Shown piece by piece: positions 27,705 through 42,513 of a stretch of 64,000 bases of DNA; positions within the stretch are counted from its first letter, which is position 1, and the number at the start of each line of letters is the position of its first letter. Origin of the DNA: Octopus vulgaris. Lineage: Eukaryota. Both the position numbers and the translations under genes were made by a program. The notes beneath the pieces are model-generated. The model did not search any database, was not told the DNA's origin, and worked only from the letters and a program-made list of their open reading frames with translations. The stretch covers positions 8,742,001 through 8,806,000 of the forward strand of contig OX597830.1 of NCBI GenBank assembly GCA_951406725.2. The letters are read 5' to 3'.

Positions 27705-28070
27705 TATGAAGCTTACTTACCAACCACATGGTTCCGGGTTCAGTCCCACTGCTATAGCCTCGGGCCCACCAAAGCCCTCTGAGTGGATTTGGTAGACGGA
27801 AACTGAAAGAAGCCCGTCGTATATATGTATATGTGTATGTGTGTGTGTGTGTGTATGTGTGTGTGTATGTGTGTGTGTGTGTGTGTGTATTTCTGTGTCT
27901 GTATTTGTCCCCCCTCCCACCATCGCTTGACAACCAATGTTAGCGGTTCGGCAAAGGTGACCGATGGGATAAGTACCGGGCTTACAAACTGTAAGTACTA
28001 CGGTCGATTTGTTCGACTAAAGGCGGTGCTCCAGCATGGCCGCAGCCAAATGACTGAAACAAGTAAAAGA
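27705..28070 (+). mobile_element. SINE family A (deleted)
   Basis: Consensus blocks in plus orientation. Confidence 0.75.
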
Positions 28071-28103
<33 letters not shown>

Positions 28104-28242
28104 TATATACATATATATATACCTAACTAAACTCTCATGCTAGTATTTTCACCCACAAATGTATGTATATGTGTGGGTGTGTGTGTATGTGTGTGTGTGT
28201 GTGAGTGTGTGTACACGCGCCAAGACTACACGGATGTACAAT

Positions 28243-28430
28243 TACAAGGGGCGGGAGAGGTTGGAAAGCCCCCTGGCTTTGGCTAAAAGAAAATACAGGA
28301 GGATCTGTTCATTATGATTCTATCCAACATTTTCCATTCCTCTCAAATCCACACACTTATTGCAGCGGTCCTTAAGTTTTTCTGAGCCTTGTAAAAGAAC
28401 ACGGAAGGTTGGGCCTCCAGCCATGCCTTT
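28243..28430 (+). mobile_element. Mariner-like repeat fragment
   Basis: CCTGGCTTT...AGAAAATACAGGAGGATC is shared with the minus copy at ~5315-5378. Confidence 0.4.
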
Positions 28431-28476
28431 CCCGACACCTTTAAAGCCAGGAACCTTTCAGTACCCCCCTTCGTAC

Positions 28477-28512
<36 letters not shown>

Positions 28513-28577
28513 GAATGTATATACACCTGTATTCATAGACTTTCGCTCTCCATCAAATATACACATAAACCCTATAC

Positions 28578-28634
<57 letters not shown>

Positions 28635-29434
28635 CATACATACATACATACATACATACATACACCTGTTTGTATGCGTACAGATGAATAGCGGGAAATT
28701 GAAGGGGGTGTGGTAAAGAAGAGGGTGGATAGAGGCTCTATGGGGTCAGTGAAAAATAGATGATAAGCGTAACAAGAGTTGAGATGCCTCTATATTAAGC
28801 CCCGCCCATTTCTACTGTCACTTCCATATTCGGGTTAATTATATCCCTCTCTCTCTCTTTCCCTCTCTCTCTTTCTCAGTTTCTTCCCTTCTCTTTTAGC
28901 CTCTCATAATACTCGTACAATTTTACGTATCTCCCTTACTCTCTCTATTACTCTGTCTCTCTATCTTTCTCTCTCTCTATCACATGCATGCATACACGCT
29001 CTCTTTCTTTCTGTCTCTCTTTCTCTCTCTCACACACGCACTAATAAATACGCTCTCTCTCTCTCTCTGTCTCTCTCTTTCACACACATATACAGTTCTC
29101 TTTGTTACTCTCTCTCTCTCTCTCTCTCTGTCTTTTCTGTCTCTTCCTCTCTCAAACACACGCACACTCTCACACTCCCTCCCTCCCTCCCTCACTCACT
29201 CACACATTCTCTCTCCCCTTCATCCCCCCCACCCTTTCTCTCTCTGTACATATGGTCTTACTATCTCTTTACTTCGCCAATAGTTTTTCCGAATATCACT
29301 TATCTATCTCTGACACACAGACAGACACAGCCAGAGCATCGCAACTATCAACGCCACCATCATATAACAGCAATAACAACAACAACAACAGTATGCCGCC
29401 GCCACCACCACCAACAACAACAACACCATAAGCT

Positions 29435-29505
<71 letters not shown>

Positions 29506-29589
29506 GCTACCACCACCATAGCACTCATCTCTCAATCAGCAGCGTTAATCTTTCCTGTTATGACCACCTCCGCCCAATCATCAGAAACA

Positions 29590-30000
29590 ATAATAATAAT
29601 AACAGTGATAATGATAATTATAGTAATGATGATAATAGTAACTATAACAATAATAATGACAATAATAGTAATAATGGTAATAATGATAATAATAATGATA
29701 GTAATAATAACAACAATAATAATAATGATGATAATAATAATGATAATGATAATAATAATAACAATAACAGTAATAATGATAATAATAATAACAATAACAG
29801 TAATAATGATAATAATAATAACAATAACAGTAATAATGATAATAATAATAACAATAATAATAATGATGATGACAATCATAGTAATGATAATAATAATGGT
29901 AATAACAATGAGGATAATAGTAATAATGATAATAATAATAATAACGGTAACAACAACAACAACATCAATAATAATAATAATATTAATGATGATAATAGTA
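29590..30000. repeat. (AAT)n-derived repeat with a 30-bp higher-order unit
   Basis: ACAATAACAGTAATAATGATAATAATAATA x3 at 29761-29850. Confidence 0.8.
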
Positions 30001-30121
30001 ATCTTAACAGAACTCTAGAGTACGTGGGTCACGTCGAAGGAATAATTCAATAAAACATGTTAGATAATAATTTTATTCTAATATATCGCAACCAGGCAGA
30101 AAATCAGCCGCATTAAAGACC

Positions 30122-30177
<56 letters not shown>

Positions 30178-30570
30178 ATGTGTGTGAGTGTGTGTGAGAG
30201 TATATATATGTGTGTGAGTATATATATGTGTGTGCGTGTGTGTGTTTATGTATACTATATATATATGTGTGTATACATAATATATATATATGTGAGTATG
30301 TGTGTGTTTGTGTGTGTATAGGCATATGTATATGTATATACATATATGTATGTCTATATATATATATTTACATATATATTCGGATATATACATACACATA
30401 CGTATGTGTATGTGTGTAAGTATATAAATAGGTATATTAATATTAATGCGTATATACTTTTTTATACGTATATTGATCGATAAGTAAATTATGCATAAGA
30501 AAATCTTAATCGTTTATAATTAATTAATGCGCGCGCACGTGTTTCGATGAATGGGTGTTTGGGTGTGTGT

Positions 30571-30644
<74 letters not shown>

Positions 30645-30824
30645 AAACACCTGAGTACAAAATCAAGATACAAGAACTAGCCTTCGATACGACATGTAGA
30701 GTGAAATCAATAAAGTTACTGAAACAGTGAAAAAAAATTTTTTTAAATCACAAACCGCTGTTGCGGGTTTCACCTTTCTAATCGTCAGACGGAAGAAAAC
30801 CTTTTTGAAACAATACAAAGATGT

Positions 30825-31314
30825 TTAACCCTTCCCTTGTCACCCCTTTTCTTTCGATTTATTTTGAAAATAACGAAGAATCTAGTAAAAGTGCTTTGTC
30901 ATTGTGAAAGGTCTTCATTTTGATCACTTTAACCCGTTTGTTACCATATATCTGTTGAAATACTCTATATTCGTTTTAATTAATTTTGAAAATAACGAAG
31001 CATCTAGTATAAGAGTGTTATCCTTAATTTGGTGTTGGAAACATACGTTGGCATGAAATTTCGATCGTAGGTTTGATTTAAATCACTTTTCTTTTCTTCT
31101 CATATTTCAGTCGAAATATATAATGCTTCGTTTCTCTCAATTTACAAAATATCGAACAATTTATGAAAATAATTTTGTCAAAATTAAGATGGTGTTTAGG
31201 AGATAAATTAATGTGAAATTTTAATGAAAGGTTTTAATTTTCATCATTTTAAAGCAAAAAGATTGTATCTAGAACCAAAGGCGGTCTTAGTGGAATTGGC
31301 ATCAAAAGGGTTAA
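30825..31314. mobile_element. piggyBac-like MITE (diverged)
   Basis: TTAA-CCCTT ... AAGGG-TTAA ends; internal repeated TTTTGAAAATAACGAAG blocks. Confidence 0.45.
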
Positions 31315-31624
31315 AGACCACATTAAGATTCGTGCGTTGTCAAAGAGACTTTTAACATTGATTGGACGAAAGATGTTCACAGCATCAAGAATTAAGGAAG
31401 CTCTTGGATGAAACATGTGGACATTAACGGCGATAACTTAAACATAAAGAATTAATATAATTAATTAATATAGGCGCAAGAGTGGCTGTGTGGTAACAAG
31501 CTTGCTTCCCAACCACAAGGTTCCGGGTTCAGTTCCACTTTGGGCAAGTGTCTTCTACTATAGCCTCGGGTCGACAAGAGCCTTGAGAGTGGATTTCGTA
31601 GGCGGAAACTGAATGAACCCCGTC

Positions 31625-31680
<56 letters not shown>

Positions 31681-33939
31681 ATATAAAATACAAAATGGAA
31701 CAAAAACGCAAAACATTCAAATAGACGATACAAAAAACACTGACGGGTCATTCGAAGCCTTTAATCTTGAGTCAAGAGCCGGATCATCCTCGCAATTTCG
31801 GCTGATATCTATCTATCTATCTTCCATGTTTGTGTTACTGTCATTCTCATTGTCCTGTCTTTTACTGTTTATATTTTGTACTGTCTTTACTGTCCTGTTT
31901 TTGTTAACATTTTTACTCCTCCGCAAAAAAATCGCAAATTTTATTTAATCTGCTTTTGCGGGAAGGACTGTTTCAACGAAGTTGTGTCTCGCCTTTACCT
32001 TCGAAACGTGGAGTAGATGAAACATAGGCGGCTGAAGAAGGGGAATTATCCATGTGTTGTATGTCTTGTACTCTATTTTTTCGTTGTTTAAGAAAAATGT
32101 CCATTTCCTTGGCTTTGTGTATATGTTTTTGCTCCTCATTGTGTTCGACGTTTTTTTAGGTGTCCTATACCCGTATATGCTTGTATATATATATGTAGAG
32201 GTAGGTACGTACATATATGTATGTATATATGCATATGTTTTATTTATTAATTTGTTATTATATATATATATACATATGTGTGTGTGTGTATGTGTGTGTG
32301 TGTGTGTGTGTTTGTGTGTCTGTTTGACAACTGATGTTGGTGTGTTTACCTCCCCGTAACTCAGCGGTTCGGCAAAAGGACCAATATAATAAGTACTAGG
32401 TTTACAAAGAATAAGTCATGGGGTCGATTTGTACGACTAAAGGTGGTGCTCCAGCATGGCCGCAGTCAAATGACTGAAACAAGTAAATGAATAATTAATT
32501 AAACGAAGCGTTAAAGAATAGAACTTGCCATTCATATATTGCCGGCTTGTGATCACATTTTAGCGTGGCTGTGTGGTAAGAGGTTTGCTTCCCACCCACT
32601 TGGTTCCGGGTTCAGTCCCACTGCGTGACACCTTGGGCTAATATCTTCTACTTCAGCCCGACTAAAGTCTAGTAAGTGGATTTGGTAGACGGAAACTGAA
32701 AGAGGCCGGGCGAAATGCTTAGCTGTAGGCATTTCGTCTGTCTTTCGTTCTGAGTTCAAATTCCACCGTGGTTCGATTTCACCTTTTATTCTTTCGGGGT
32801 CGATAAAGTAAGTACTAGTTGAACACTGGGGTCAATGTAATCGACTCAATAATCCTGCATCCTGCTGCTAAGCCATGTTGAGCCTGTGTGGCCAAGTAGG
32901 CTCACCAAATCTGTATGATCTCAACTTCAGATTCACAATTTCCACATCAGACCGTGGTTGGTGGAGAGAACATGCTGTGGCCTTCGTCCCGCAGTGGACT
33001 GAACATAGGCAAGCCAATCTAGTCCAATATATATGTGTGTCTTTGTGTGTGTTTGTGTGTGTGTGAGTGTTTGTGTGTGTGCGTGTGTGTGCGCTCGCGC
33101 GTTTGTCTCTCACCACCGCTTGAAAACCGGTGTTGGTGTGCTTAAATCCTAGTAACCTAGCGGCTCGGCAAAGACGTCCGATAGAATAAATACCAGGCTT
33201 TAAAAAGTACTGGCGTCAATTCGTCCGACGATAATTCCTTCAGGCGGTATTCCAGCATGGCCACAGACTAATGACTGAAACAAGAAAAAGATTAAACGAT
33301 AATCGTCACGTGATACAATCTACATTTTCTTCGAGTTATTGTATAACGAACAACATATCATAGCAACTGAGGTTTTATTCACATATTTTTCAAATGTACT
33401 TACAATCAGTATAACTGCACGTTCTGCAACTAGAATAAAAGTAATAAAACATCACTTTCTAAATTCATATAGGCTCTGCAAAGAAGGAGGCTATAAACTA
33501 TATAGAAACCATGCTAACTTTGCACGGCTGAAAATTTCTACATTCTATTTGCAAAGCCACCACTTCATAATAGACACTCAGAACGTATGCCTTCATGTCC
33601 ATATAGAATAGAGGTCCCCAACCATTTTTTTTATCCATGGATCACTTTGATTATTATTTCATTCTGGTGGACCCCCATTGCGTTCTTACAGTTTTACCAA
33701 TCCACTACCTCTTGGATTAGTATCTTTTTATCGTCCCCAAAAGGGCGATCGAAAAAGTTGACATTGGCGGGATTTGAACTTAGAGTGCAGAAAGTTGGAA
33801 AGTTGAAGATGGGTTCGGAGCTAGCTGTCATGAAACTATGAGCCATCATTTGAAACCCTTTCAGTTAAGCAGTACTCCTCCACAAGTCACAAATACTCCC
33901 TACTCCCTGCTTTTCAGTATCACATGAGGTGGCTACTGC

Positions 33940-34330
33940 ATTCTTTTATTCGTTGACTTGTTTCGGTCTGTTGATTGCGGCCATGCTGGAGCACCGCCTT
34001 GAACAGTTTTAGTCGAAGAAATCGACTCCAGAACTTATTCTTTGTAAGCCTAGTAGCTATTCTATCGTTCTCTTTTGCCGAGCCGCTAAGTTACAGAGAC
34101 GTAAACACACCAACATCGGTTGTCAAGCGATGGTGGAGTGGGGGACAGACACACAATCATGCACATACACGACGGGCTTTTTTCAGTTTCTGCCTGCCAA
34201 ATCCTCTCACAAGGCTTTGGTCGGCCCGAAGCCAAAGTAGAAGACACTTACGCAAAGTGTCACGCAGTGAGACTGAACCTAGAACCATGTGGTTTGGAAG
34301 CAAGCCACTTACCACACAGTCACTACTGCA
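33940..34330 (-). mobile_element. SINE family A
   Basis: Full-length diverged copy. Confidence 0.8.
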
Positions 34331-35182
34331 CCTATCTATTGGATAGATTCTCTCGGAAGGTTGTCATTCAACAAGAAACCCCGCTTATAGAATCATAATC
34401 TCGATACAGATTCAGTCCTCAACAATACAGTGAGGGAGAGAGAGAGGAGGAGGAGGAGGAGGAGGAGAAAGAGTGGGAGATAGGGGAGAGAGAGTCGGGG
34501 AAGGCTCTGTGTGTGTGTGTATGTGTAGGGGAGAGGTACTTACTCGGAGTTAAATTTTCATAGTATTCAATTTCACTTCTGTATCAAATTCGGCTTTATT
34601 CAGGGCCACCTTCACGGTATCATAGAGCCCTGGGCAAAGCAATTCAGTATGGACTCTGCATATATGTTAGTATTGGGCACTTACACCGAAGGAGTCTCCT
34701 GGGTATAGCAAAACACATATATTAACATTTGACCCTTAAACCCGTGGTGCCTCTAACCTCTGGAATAACTGCCCATTATACGTACCTATAACTTTAGACG
34801 GCAGTCCACATTTAGCCAATGGGAGAACATCTAGTCACGTGACCGGTTAGAAACAGCATCCGGATCATTCCTAGTTGTTTTGAAAGGGGAGGTACACATA
34901 GGTTTAATGTAGTCTTAAATATACCATTTCTGAGCATATGACGAAGTGGTCATGAGTGGAACGCATTTGCTCATTAGTTAAGTCTGTCTGCTGGACGAGC
35001 ACAGAAAGGGTTAAAGAACGAAGATGGAGAATGACAACGAAGAAGGAAGAATTAAAGAAATAGAACAAAACATTGAAGACAGAAGGAAAGAAAGGAAAGA
35101 AAGAAATAAAAGCAAGAAGGAAAGAAAAAAGAAAGAAGAAAAGGAAGAAAGGAGAAGACGATAATGTTTAAAGTGTGTTTTA

Positions 35183-35201
35183 TAGGCGCCCTCTAGTGGT
35201 G
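35183..35201 (-). promoter_or_regulatory. CTCF consensus site
   Basis: Minus strand CACCACTAGAGGGCGCCTA matches the CTCF core CCASYAGRKGGCRS. Confidence 0.6.
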
Positions 35202-36047
35202 ATTCAGTGAAACTGTTTGATACGGTTCATTGGTCTTGAAGGAAACGACTAAATGTTTCACCTTACTGATTGAGATGAGAGAGGTGAGGGTGAGCGGGGT
35301 GGGGGGACGGAGGGAAGGAGTGGGGGAGGGAGGAGTTGGGGAGGAGGATGTCGAGGGGGGTAAAGAGGGGGAGACAATCAGCGTTCATTGGTTTATTTAT
35401 CTTGCTCAGCCACATGTAATAACAATATCACAACCAATCAGCGTGTGTAGGTGTATGCGTGTGTATGTGTGAGCGTGTGTGTGAATGCTTGCGTGTATGT
35501 ATGCGTATGTTTGCGTGTACGTATGTGTGTACGTAAGTGTGTGTATTTGTTTGTATATATATGTGTGTGTGTGTGTGTGCGTGTGCGTGTGTATGTGTGT
35601 GCGTGTGTGTGATAAATCAAATCTCACAGCAATTGACTAACGCTAACTCCATCACCGCCGTCACCACCACTAATTTAAGCAAACATCATCATCATCAACA
35701 ACACTACCACCGCCATCGTCATCACCACCACCACTGGAAACAACAATATCAACATCATCACCAACATAATCCCACTTTTATCCCCAATAATGACAGCAAC
35801 GTCAACAACAGCAAGAACATCACTAGCACCATTCTTAAGAACCATTACAACCACCACCACCACAACTGTCTCCACCACCACCACCACCACAAATGAATTA
35901 TGTGTTTCTGAGTGCACTGTGTACCTAGAAAAGACAAGATTGTCACAGATGGATTGCCTATGATCATATATCTGCTCTACCAGGATTGACCTAGCGTTAA
36001 ACAAAAGCGACAACACACATATACATAAAATGATAAAAACCTTTAAC

Positions 36048-36430
36048 ACGGCGAGCTGACAGAATCGTTAGCACGCCGGACAAAATGCTTAGCGGCATTT
36101 TGTCCGTCTGTAGGTTCTGAGTTCAAATGCCGCCGAGGTCGATTTTACCTATTTCTTTATTACCCACAAGGGGCTAAACATAGAGGAGACAAACAAGGAC
36201 AGACATAGGTATTGAGTCGATTACATCGACCCCCAGTGCGTAACTGGTACTTAATTTATCGACCCCGAAAGAATGAAAAGCAAAGTCAACCTCGGCGGAA
36301 TTTGAAAGAGGTCGATTTTACCCTTCATCCATTCAGGGTTGAGAAAATAAGTTCCAGTTGAGTACTGGCATCAATGAAACCGACTTATCCTCTCACCCGA
36401 AACTGCTGGCCTAGTGCCAAAATTTGAAAC
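36048..36430 (+). mobile_element. SINE family B (Deu/Nin-like central domain) with nested inverted insertion
   Basis: Head GGCGAGCTGACAGAATCGTTAGC...GAGTTCAAAT; domain CCTTTCATCC(T/A)TTC(A/G)GGGT(C/T)GA.AAAATAAGT. Other copies at ~17827-18250, 24680-24870, 32700-32850, 41170-41280, 46150-46370 and 63710-63905. Confidence 0.7.
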
Positions 36431-37956
36431 GAATATGATATAGTCCTTTAAATATTATACAACTAACGCGACACATATATGTATTGTTCTTATAAGGAGT
36501 TTTCTGGACAATCTATTAATATTGTTGGGGATGATGATGATGATGATGATGATGTGTGTGTCTTTGCGTTTGTGTTTATCCCCCGCCACCGCTTGACAAC
36601 CGATGTTGTTTTATTTACGCACCCGTGACTTAGCGGTTCGGCTAAGAAGATCGATAGAATAAGTACAGGTTTTAAAGAATTATAAGTACTAGGGACGATT
36701 CAGTCGACTAAAAATTCTTCAAGGCGGTGCCCCAGCATGGTCGTTGTCTTATGACTGAAACAAAAGATAAAAGATATCTTTATAACTAAATATTCGACGG
36801 ATTTTCGTGTTTCATATCAGAAATCATTGTCTTTTCTTCTTTTTCTTTCTTTTTTTTCCACCCAACCCGAAATGATGCAGAATAAGTTCTAGAAATGTAA
36901 ACAATATTGTGGTTAATGCTACAGAATCAGGCAGTGAACCACTGATTGGTTAGTTGGCCACCCGTCAACAACGACGTCATAGTTTATCCTTTTCTACTCT
37001 AGGCACAAGGCCCGAAATTTTGGCGGGAGGGAGCCAGCCGATTATAGAAAAAAGATACCATACATTATCACTACTTCTCTCATACATTATTATATATTAC
37101 TACGTGTTATCATGCATTTTCATACATTATCATACATTACCAATACTTCTGTCATATATCATCATACATTACCATACATTATCATATATTATCATACATG
37201 TTTAGCAATTGGTACTTCCATCATACATTATCCTAAATCTCTATGCATTATCAGCACTTGCTTTATGCATTATCACATATTACATTTACCTCTTTTCCTA
37301 GACTACCAATGGCTCGATTACGTTTAGTCCATCTACATCCAATCTCTACCCTACTCTCAATTCATCTTTATCCATTTCTGCTTCCCCACCGGTTTCTCCT
37401 CTAATTAATCCTTATCGATACATAAACCCCATCCATTCATTTGCTATACTAAACCGAACGTGACCGAATAGTTAAGAAATTCACTTTATAATTATGATAC
37501 CCACAGTTCGATCCTATTGCATGACACCTTGGGCAAGTGTCGTAAACCAGATCTTCCTATCACAACAAGGGCTGAAGGACATAAGAAATACGTGCAAACC
37601 CATTGGATGGTCAGAACATGTGATTCAAATGTCAACCCTGGCCACAAAATCTCCCGTCCCACATGTAGACCAGTATAGTTAATTGGTTAGCACTTAAAAT
37701 CTGCTCATTCCAGGGCCACTGTATGTCTCATGAGACTATGGATGTACTTATGGACTGTTTATTTTGAGGCACAGATTATATCTTTGACGTTATTTAGTCG
37801 AGCGAATCCATCAAGTGTTTATTTTCTGTAGAGTCTTATTTTATTAGTTTGCTTTTTGCCAAGACGCTATCTTACGGAAGTGTAAACACACCCACATCAG
37901 TTTTAAAGCAATGTAGGGGGAGTGGGGAACGGACACAGATACACATACACACACAC

Positions 37957-37994
<38 letters not shown>

Positions 37995-38030
37995 GCACAC
38001 ACATATACACACATGTATGGATATATTATA

Positions 38031-38201
38031 TAGGCGTAGGAATGGCTGTGTGGTAAGTAGCTTGCTTACGAACCACATGGTTCCGGGTTCAGTCCCACTG
38101 CGTGGCACCTTGGGAAAGTGTCTTCTACTATAGCCTCGGGCCGACCAAAGCCTTGTGAGTGGAAGACGGAAACTGAAAGAAGCCCGTCGTATATATATGT
38201 A

Positions 38202-38242
<41 letters not shown>

Positions 38243-38452
38243 ATGATTGTGTGTCTGTGTTTGTCCCCCCCAACATCGCTTGACAACCGATGCTGCTGTG
38301 TTTCCGTCACTGTAATATAGAGGTTCGGCAAAAGAGATCGGCAGAATAAATACTAGGCTTACAAAGAATTAGTCCTGCGGTGATTTGCTCGACTAAAGGC
38401 GGTGCTCCAGCATGGCCGCAGTCAAATGACTGAAACAAGTAAAAGAGTAAAG
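38031..38452 (+). mobile_element. SINE family A, flanked by opposite-orientation fragments
   Basis: Full-length plus copy; minus fragments at ~37790-37940 and 38500-38635. Confidence 0.8.
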
Positions 38453-38463
38453 GAATACATATA

Positions 38464-38502
<39 letters not shown>

Positions 38503-39046
38503 CGGGCTTCTTTCAGTTTCCGTCCACCAAATCCACACACAAGGCTTTATTCGGGGGCCGAGGCTATAGTAGAAGACGCTTGTCCAAGACGCCCATCATT
38601 GGAGCCGAACCCACAACTATGTGGTTCGGAAGTAGGTCACGTTGCCTGCTTTTGTTTAGCGTGCCAGCATTGTCTCACAAAGCTCAACCACCTTTCTCAT
38701 GGTGGAAACAACCATGAGATCTGTTGCCATAAACCTATTTCTTGGAGGGATGAGTTCTCCAAGACATGTTTCAGACTGCCATTACTATTCGCATGCAAGT
38801 TCCATCTAGTTTGGATTCCAGTTTTTGGTAAGCGTCCAGGCTGTTGCTCTATATAAAGAGACCCTCAGGTTCCAGATATAATAGCGCAGTGTAATCTATC
38901 CGATGCTCCAACGATTCCCTCATTTCGTAATAGTTTTCTTTTGGTGCCGGTTATTGCTCTTGTAGTCTTCATGTTCTTCAACTCCGACCTCTTTGAGAAC
39001 GCCACCATCATGTTAGGCATACGCCGACCCCCTCACACGCTCTGTG

Positions 39047-39162
<116 letters not shown>

Positions 39163-39780
39163 CCATCACCATCACCGATACTACCACCGCTACCAGCACA
39201 CTCTCCAGCACTATCACGAAAACCACCACCACTACCACCGCCACAACCACTATAACCATTATCACAAACAATTCCACAAATGCGATACCCCCACCGCCAT
39301 TACTCCACCATCAAACCACCACCTCCGCCACTACTACCATCGCCACCAACCACACCACCACCACCATAACCATCACTAGCAATTCCACGCACACCACACC
39401 CTCATCACAGCTACCTCGCCATTATCCCCACCACCATCGCCACCACCTTCATAACCTCTATCCCCAACTCCACCACCACCACCACCACCACCAACCCACC
39501 ACCCCTCCCATTGTTTCTTATCATTGAAATACTGAAACAGATTTTACACTATATTGACTGAATTAAAAGTCTGTGTATGTATGTGTGTATATATACGTGT
39601 GCATCTGAATATGTGCATATGCGTGAGTATATATATATGTCTGTGTGTGTGTGTGTGTGTGTGTTTGCGTGTGCGTGCGTTTACACTTCAAAACAATATT
39701 TGTGTACATATTCGTATTGATGAACGTGCACACACACACGCGCACGCACACACACACACACACACACGCACACACAGAGG

Positions 39781-39824
<44 letters not shown>

Positions 39825-40680
39825 AATATATGCATGCAGACGTATGCATAAATAAATTATGATTTATATATACATATGTGTATATATGTATATACACATA
39901 CATACATGTGTGTGTGTATATATGTATATATGTATATATATATACATATATATGTATATATATATACACACATATATGTGTGTATGTGTGTGTGTGTATT
40001 TATATACACACATATATATATGTATGTATATATATACACATATATGTGTATATAAATACACACACACATACACACACATATGTGTCTGTGTATGACCGCG
40101 CATGCATATGTCAGTTTTGCATATATATGTGTGTGTGTGTACATGTATGTGTTTATGTAAGCATATATCGATAGGCACACGCGTGCGCATGCACACACAC
40201 ACACACACACACACACACGGATGGAGGTGTGAGGTGGGCAAGGGAGACAACCCAGCCAGCCTCTGCGCACAACTATCTCCCGCAACAGCAAACCCATGCT
40301 GTCCGCCTCATTGAGAAGCAAATAGAAATCGGCCGCAGCCAGGCGTAAACATCAAATAATGCTCCGTTACACACGAATCAACTATTTCCAATCAGAGGGA
40401 GAGAGAAAGAAAGAGCGGAGACGAGGAATGGTGAATATCATGGTAGAGGGAAAAGGGGCAGTAGGGGGCGTTTTAGGGGTCAATTTGACGCCAATTTTCA
40501 CTGAAGAATATTATTTTTGTGATAGGTTGGCGGTGGAAGTAAAAGAGGGTTAAATATATCACGTAGGTGATTAGTGGTGTTGTTGTTGTGATGGTGGCGG
40601 TAGTTGTGGTGGTGGTGGTGGTGGTGGTGGTGGTGGTGGTGTCGGTGGTGTTGCCGCAGTGTTCGTTGTGGAAATGGCAC

Positions 40681-40714
<34 letters not shown>

Positions 40715-40806
40715 GATGGTGATGGTGCCGATGATGGAGGTTGTTGTCATGGTGGTAATGGATGTCATGCTGGTGGTGGTGGCTTGTTGTCTTTTTGGTG
40801 CTGCTG

Positions 40807-40881
<75 letters not shown>

Positions 40882-41289
40882 ACAGTAGTATAGTAATAGT
40901 AGTAACAACAGTGGTGGTAGTTAGGGTGGCTGTGATTTTAATGTCAGAACTGTACACATACATACGCACACATAAACATATGTTGGTCTGCGTCGAACGA
41001 ATAAAGGAAGAGTGCTCAATACGTGTTCTAGAGGATATGTTTATGTTACTAAAACTAAACAAGTTCCACACCAGCGCCACCTTCTCACCTGAAGATTGCA
41101 GTGGCGCAAAACTCGAGTTGCAATATATAATATATTATATTATATATCTATCTCTATATTTGACTTTGCCTTTTATTCCTTCGAGGTCGATGAAATGAGT
41201 ACCAGTTACGCACTGGGGTAGACATAATCGACAAGCCTCCTCCTCCAAAATTCCAGGCTTTGTGCCAATAGTAGAAAGATTTATTATTA

Positions 41290-41549
41290 TTATTTCATTT
41301 TATCACGGGTTTTGATGGAGCTCCTGGAGTCTTGCATGCGTAGCGGGTTTACTACCTGCAGCCTACGGCACCATGCTATCCATTCTTTTCAGCTGTCTAA
41401 TATTTTCCTGATTATTTTGGTCGTGCAAAGGAGGCAAACTTTTTGTAACAGTTCTACTGGGCACTCTACTCCAATTTCCTTTATATTCCTCTTGATGCCT
41501 TCTGATGCTGATCACAAGGACTCAACAATAATTGGCACTATCTTCACCT
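41290..41549 (-). mobile_element. Dong/R4-clade LINE 3' remnant
   Basis: Minus translation VKIVPIIVESL*SASEGIKRNIKEIGVECPVELLQKVCLLCTTKIIRKILDS* matches the R4/Dong RLE C-terminal pattern (VPIVIGALG...LQKxxLLGTxxIxRKxL); (ATT)n on both sides. Confidence 0.7.
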
Positions 41550-42321
41550 ATTATTATTATTATTATTCAGTGAGAGAGCAGTGCATGCCGTCAAAGTGAC
41601 ACTGGGGTAAAATAAACGAAGCCCAGTATACCCATCATGACTACCCCTCTGATAAGGGTACACCAGACACATGCATCACAACCAAATGTGCGCGACATAG
41701 CGATCTCATATCAAGATAAACAGTGCATGACCTTGCAGGTGGGTCCCAGTTTTCTTCAGGTCGAGTAGCCCATCCCACTCAAAAGGTCCCTGAATAAGGG
41801 TTGTTTAAGGATGTTGAACGAAACACCCATGTTTCCAGAGGTGAATTATCCAATCCCCAAAGAAATCCTCTCAGTATGTACTATGATGCTATGATGCTCC
41901 CCCACTACTTCTGCTTGTGATCAGCGATGCACATATCGTCAGCCACTAAGGGACATGCTCAACTGGTTAAGGTCAAACAACTGACTATTATTATTATTAC
42001 ATGAAGCAGTTTCATTTGGACCCATGTACCTTAAAGATTTGTAGGCTTCTTAATGACTCATAGGAAATTCCAAGTTGCATGAGACCAAATCAAACTGTTT
42101 TAAATAATAACAGACGTAACTCCTACGAAATAGTGCGAATGCCTCTTTCTATTCTTTGTCCACTTATCCTCTTATGTATGTAGTTAAGCTTTAGTGATTA
42201 TGACAGAAAAGGAAAACACTAGTAATGTATGCATACATAGAATATGTGTGTGTGTGTGTGTATGAGAGATTGCTAGCCACTACACATTCTTTATTTTCTC
42301 TTCCTGTTTCTTTCTGTGTTC

Positions 42322-42357
42322 CTTTCTGTGGAAGAGCGTAGGCTCGAAACGTTAAAG
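42322..42357 (+). ncRNA. Minimal hammerhead-like motif (CUGUGGA core)
   Basis: CTTT-CTGTGGA(42326-42332)-A-GAGC-GTAG-GCTC-GAAA-CGT-T-AAAG. Confidence 0.6.
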
Positions 42358-42444
42358 ACTTTTTGACTTCCCGAGCGTTAAACTAATACATCTGTTTGTT
42401 GTCTACACAAACCAGTCTTCGTCTTTTGTTTTTTTGTGAATTCT

Positions 42445-42513
<69 letters not shown>

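Noticed and set aside
29761-29850. Regular 30-bp repeats as a CRISPR-like array
   Set aside because: The units are directly tandem and AAT-derived, with no spacers, in a eukaryotic context.
38640-39030. Possible LINE ORF2 C-terminal remnant on the minus strand
   Set aside because: Only a weak GRLPK-type similarity; it cannot be assigned without a database search.
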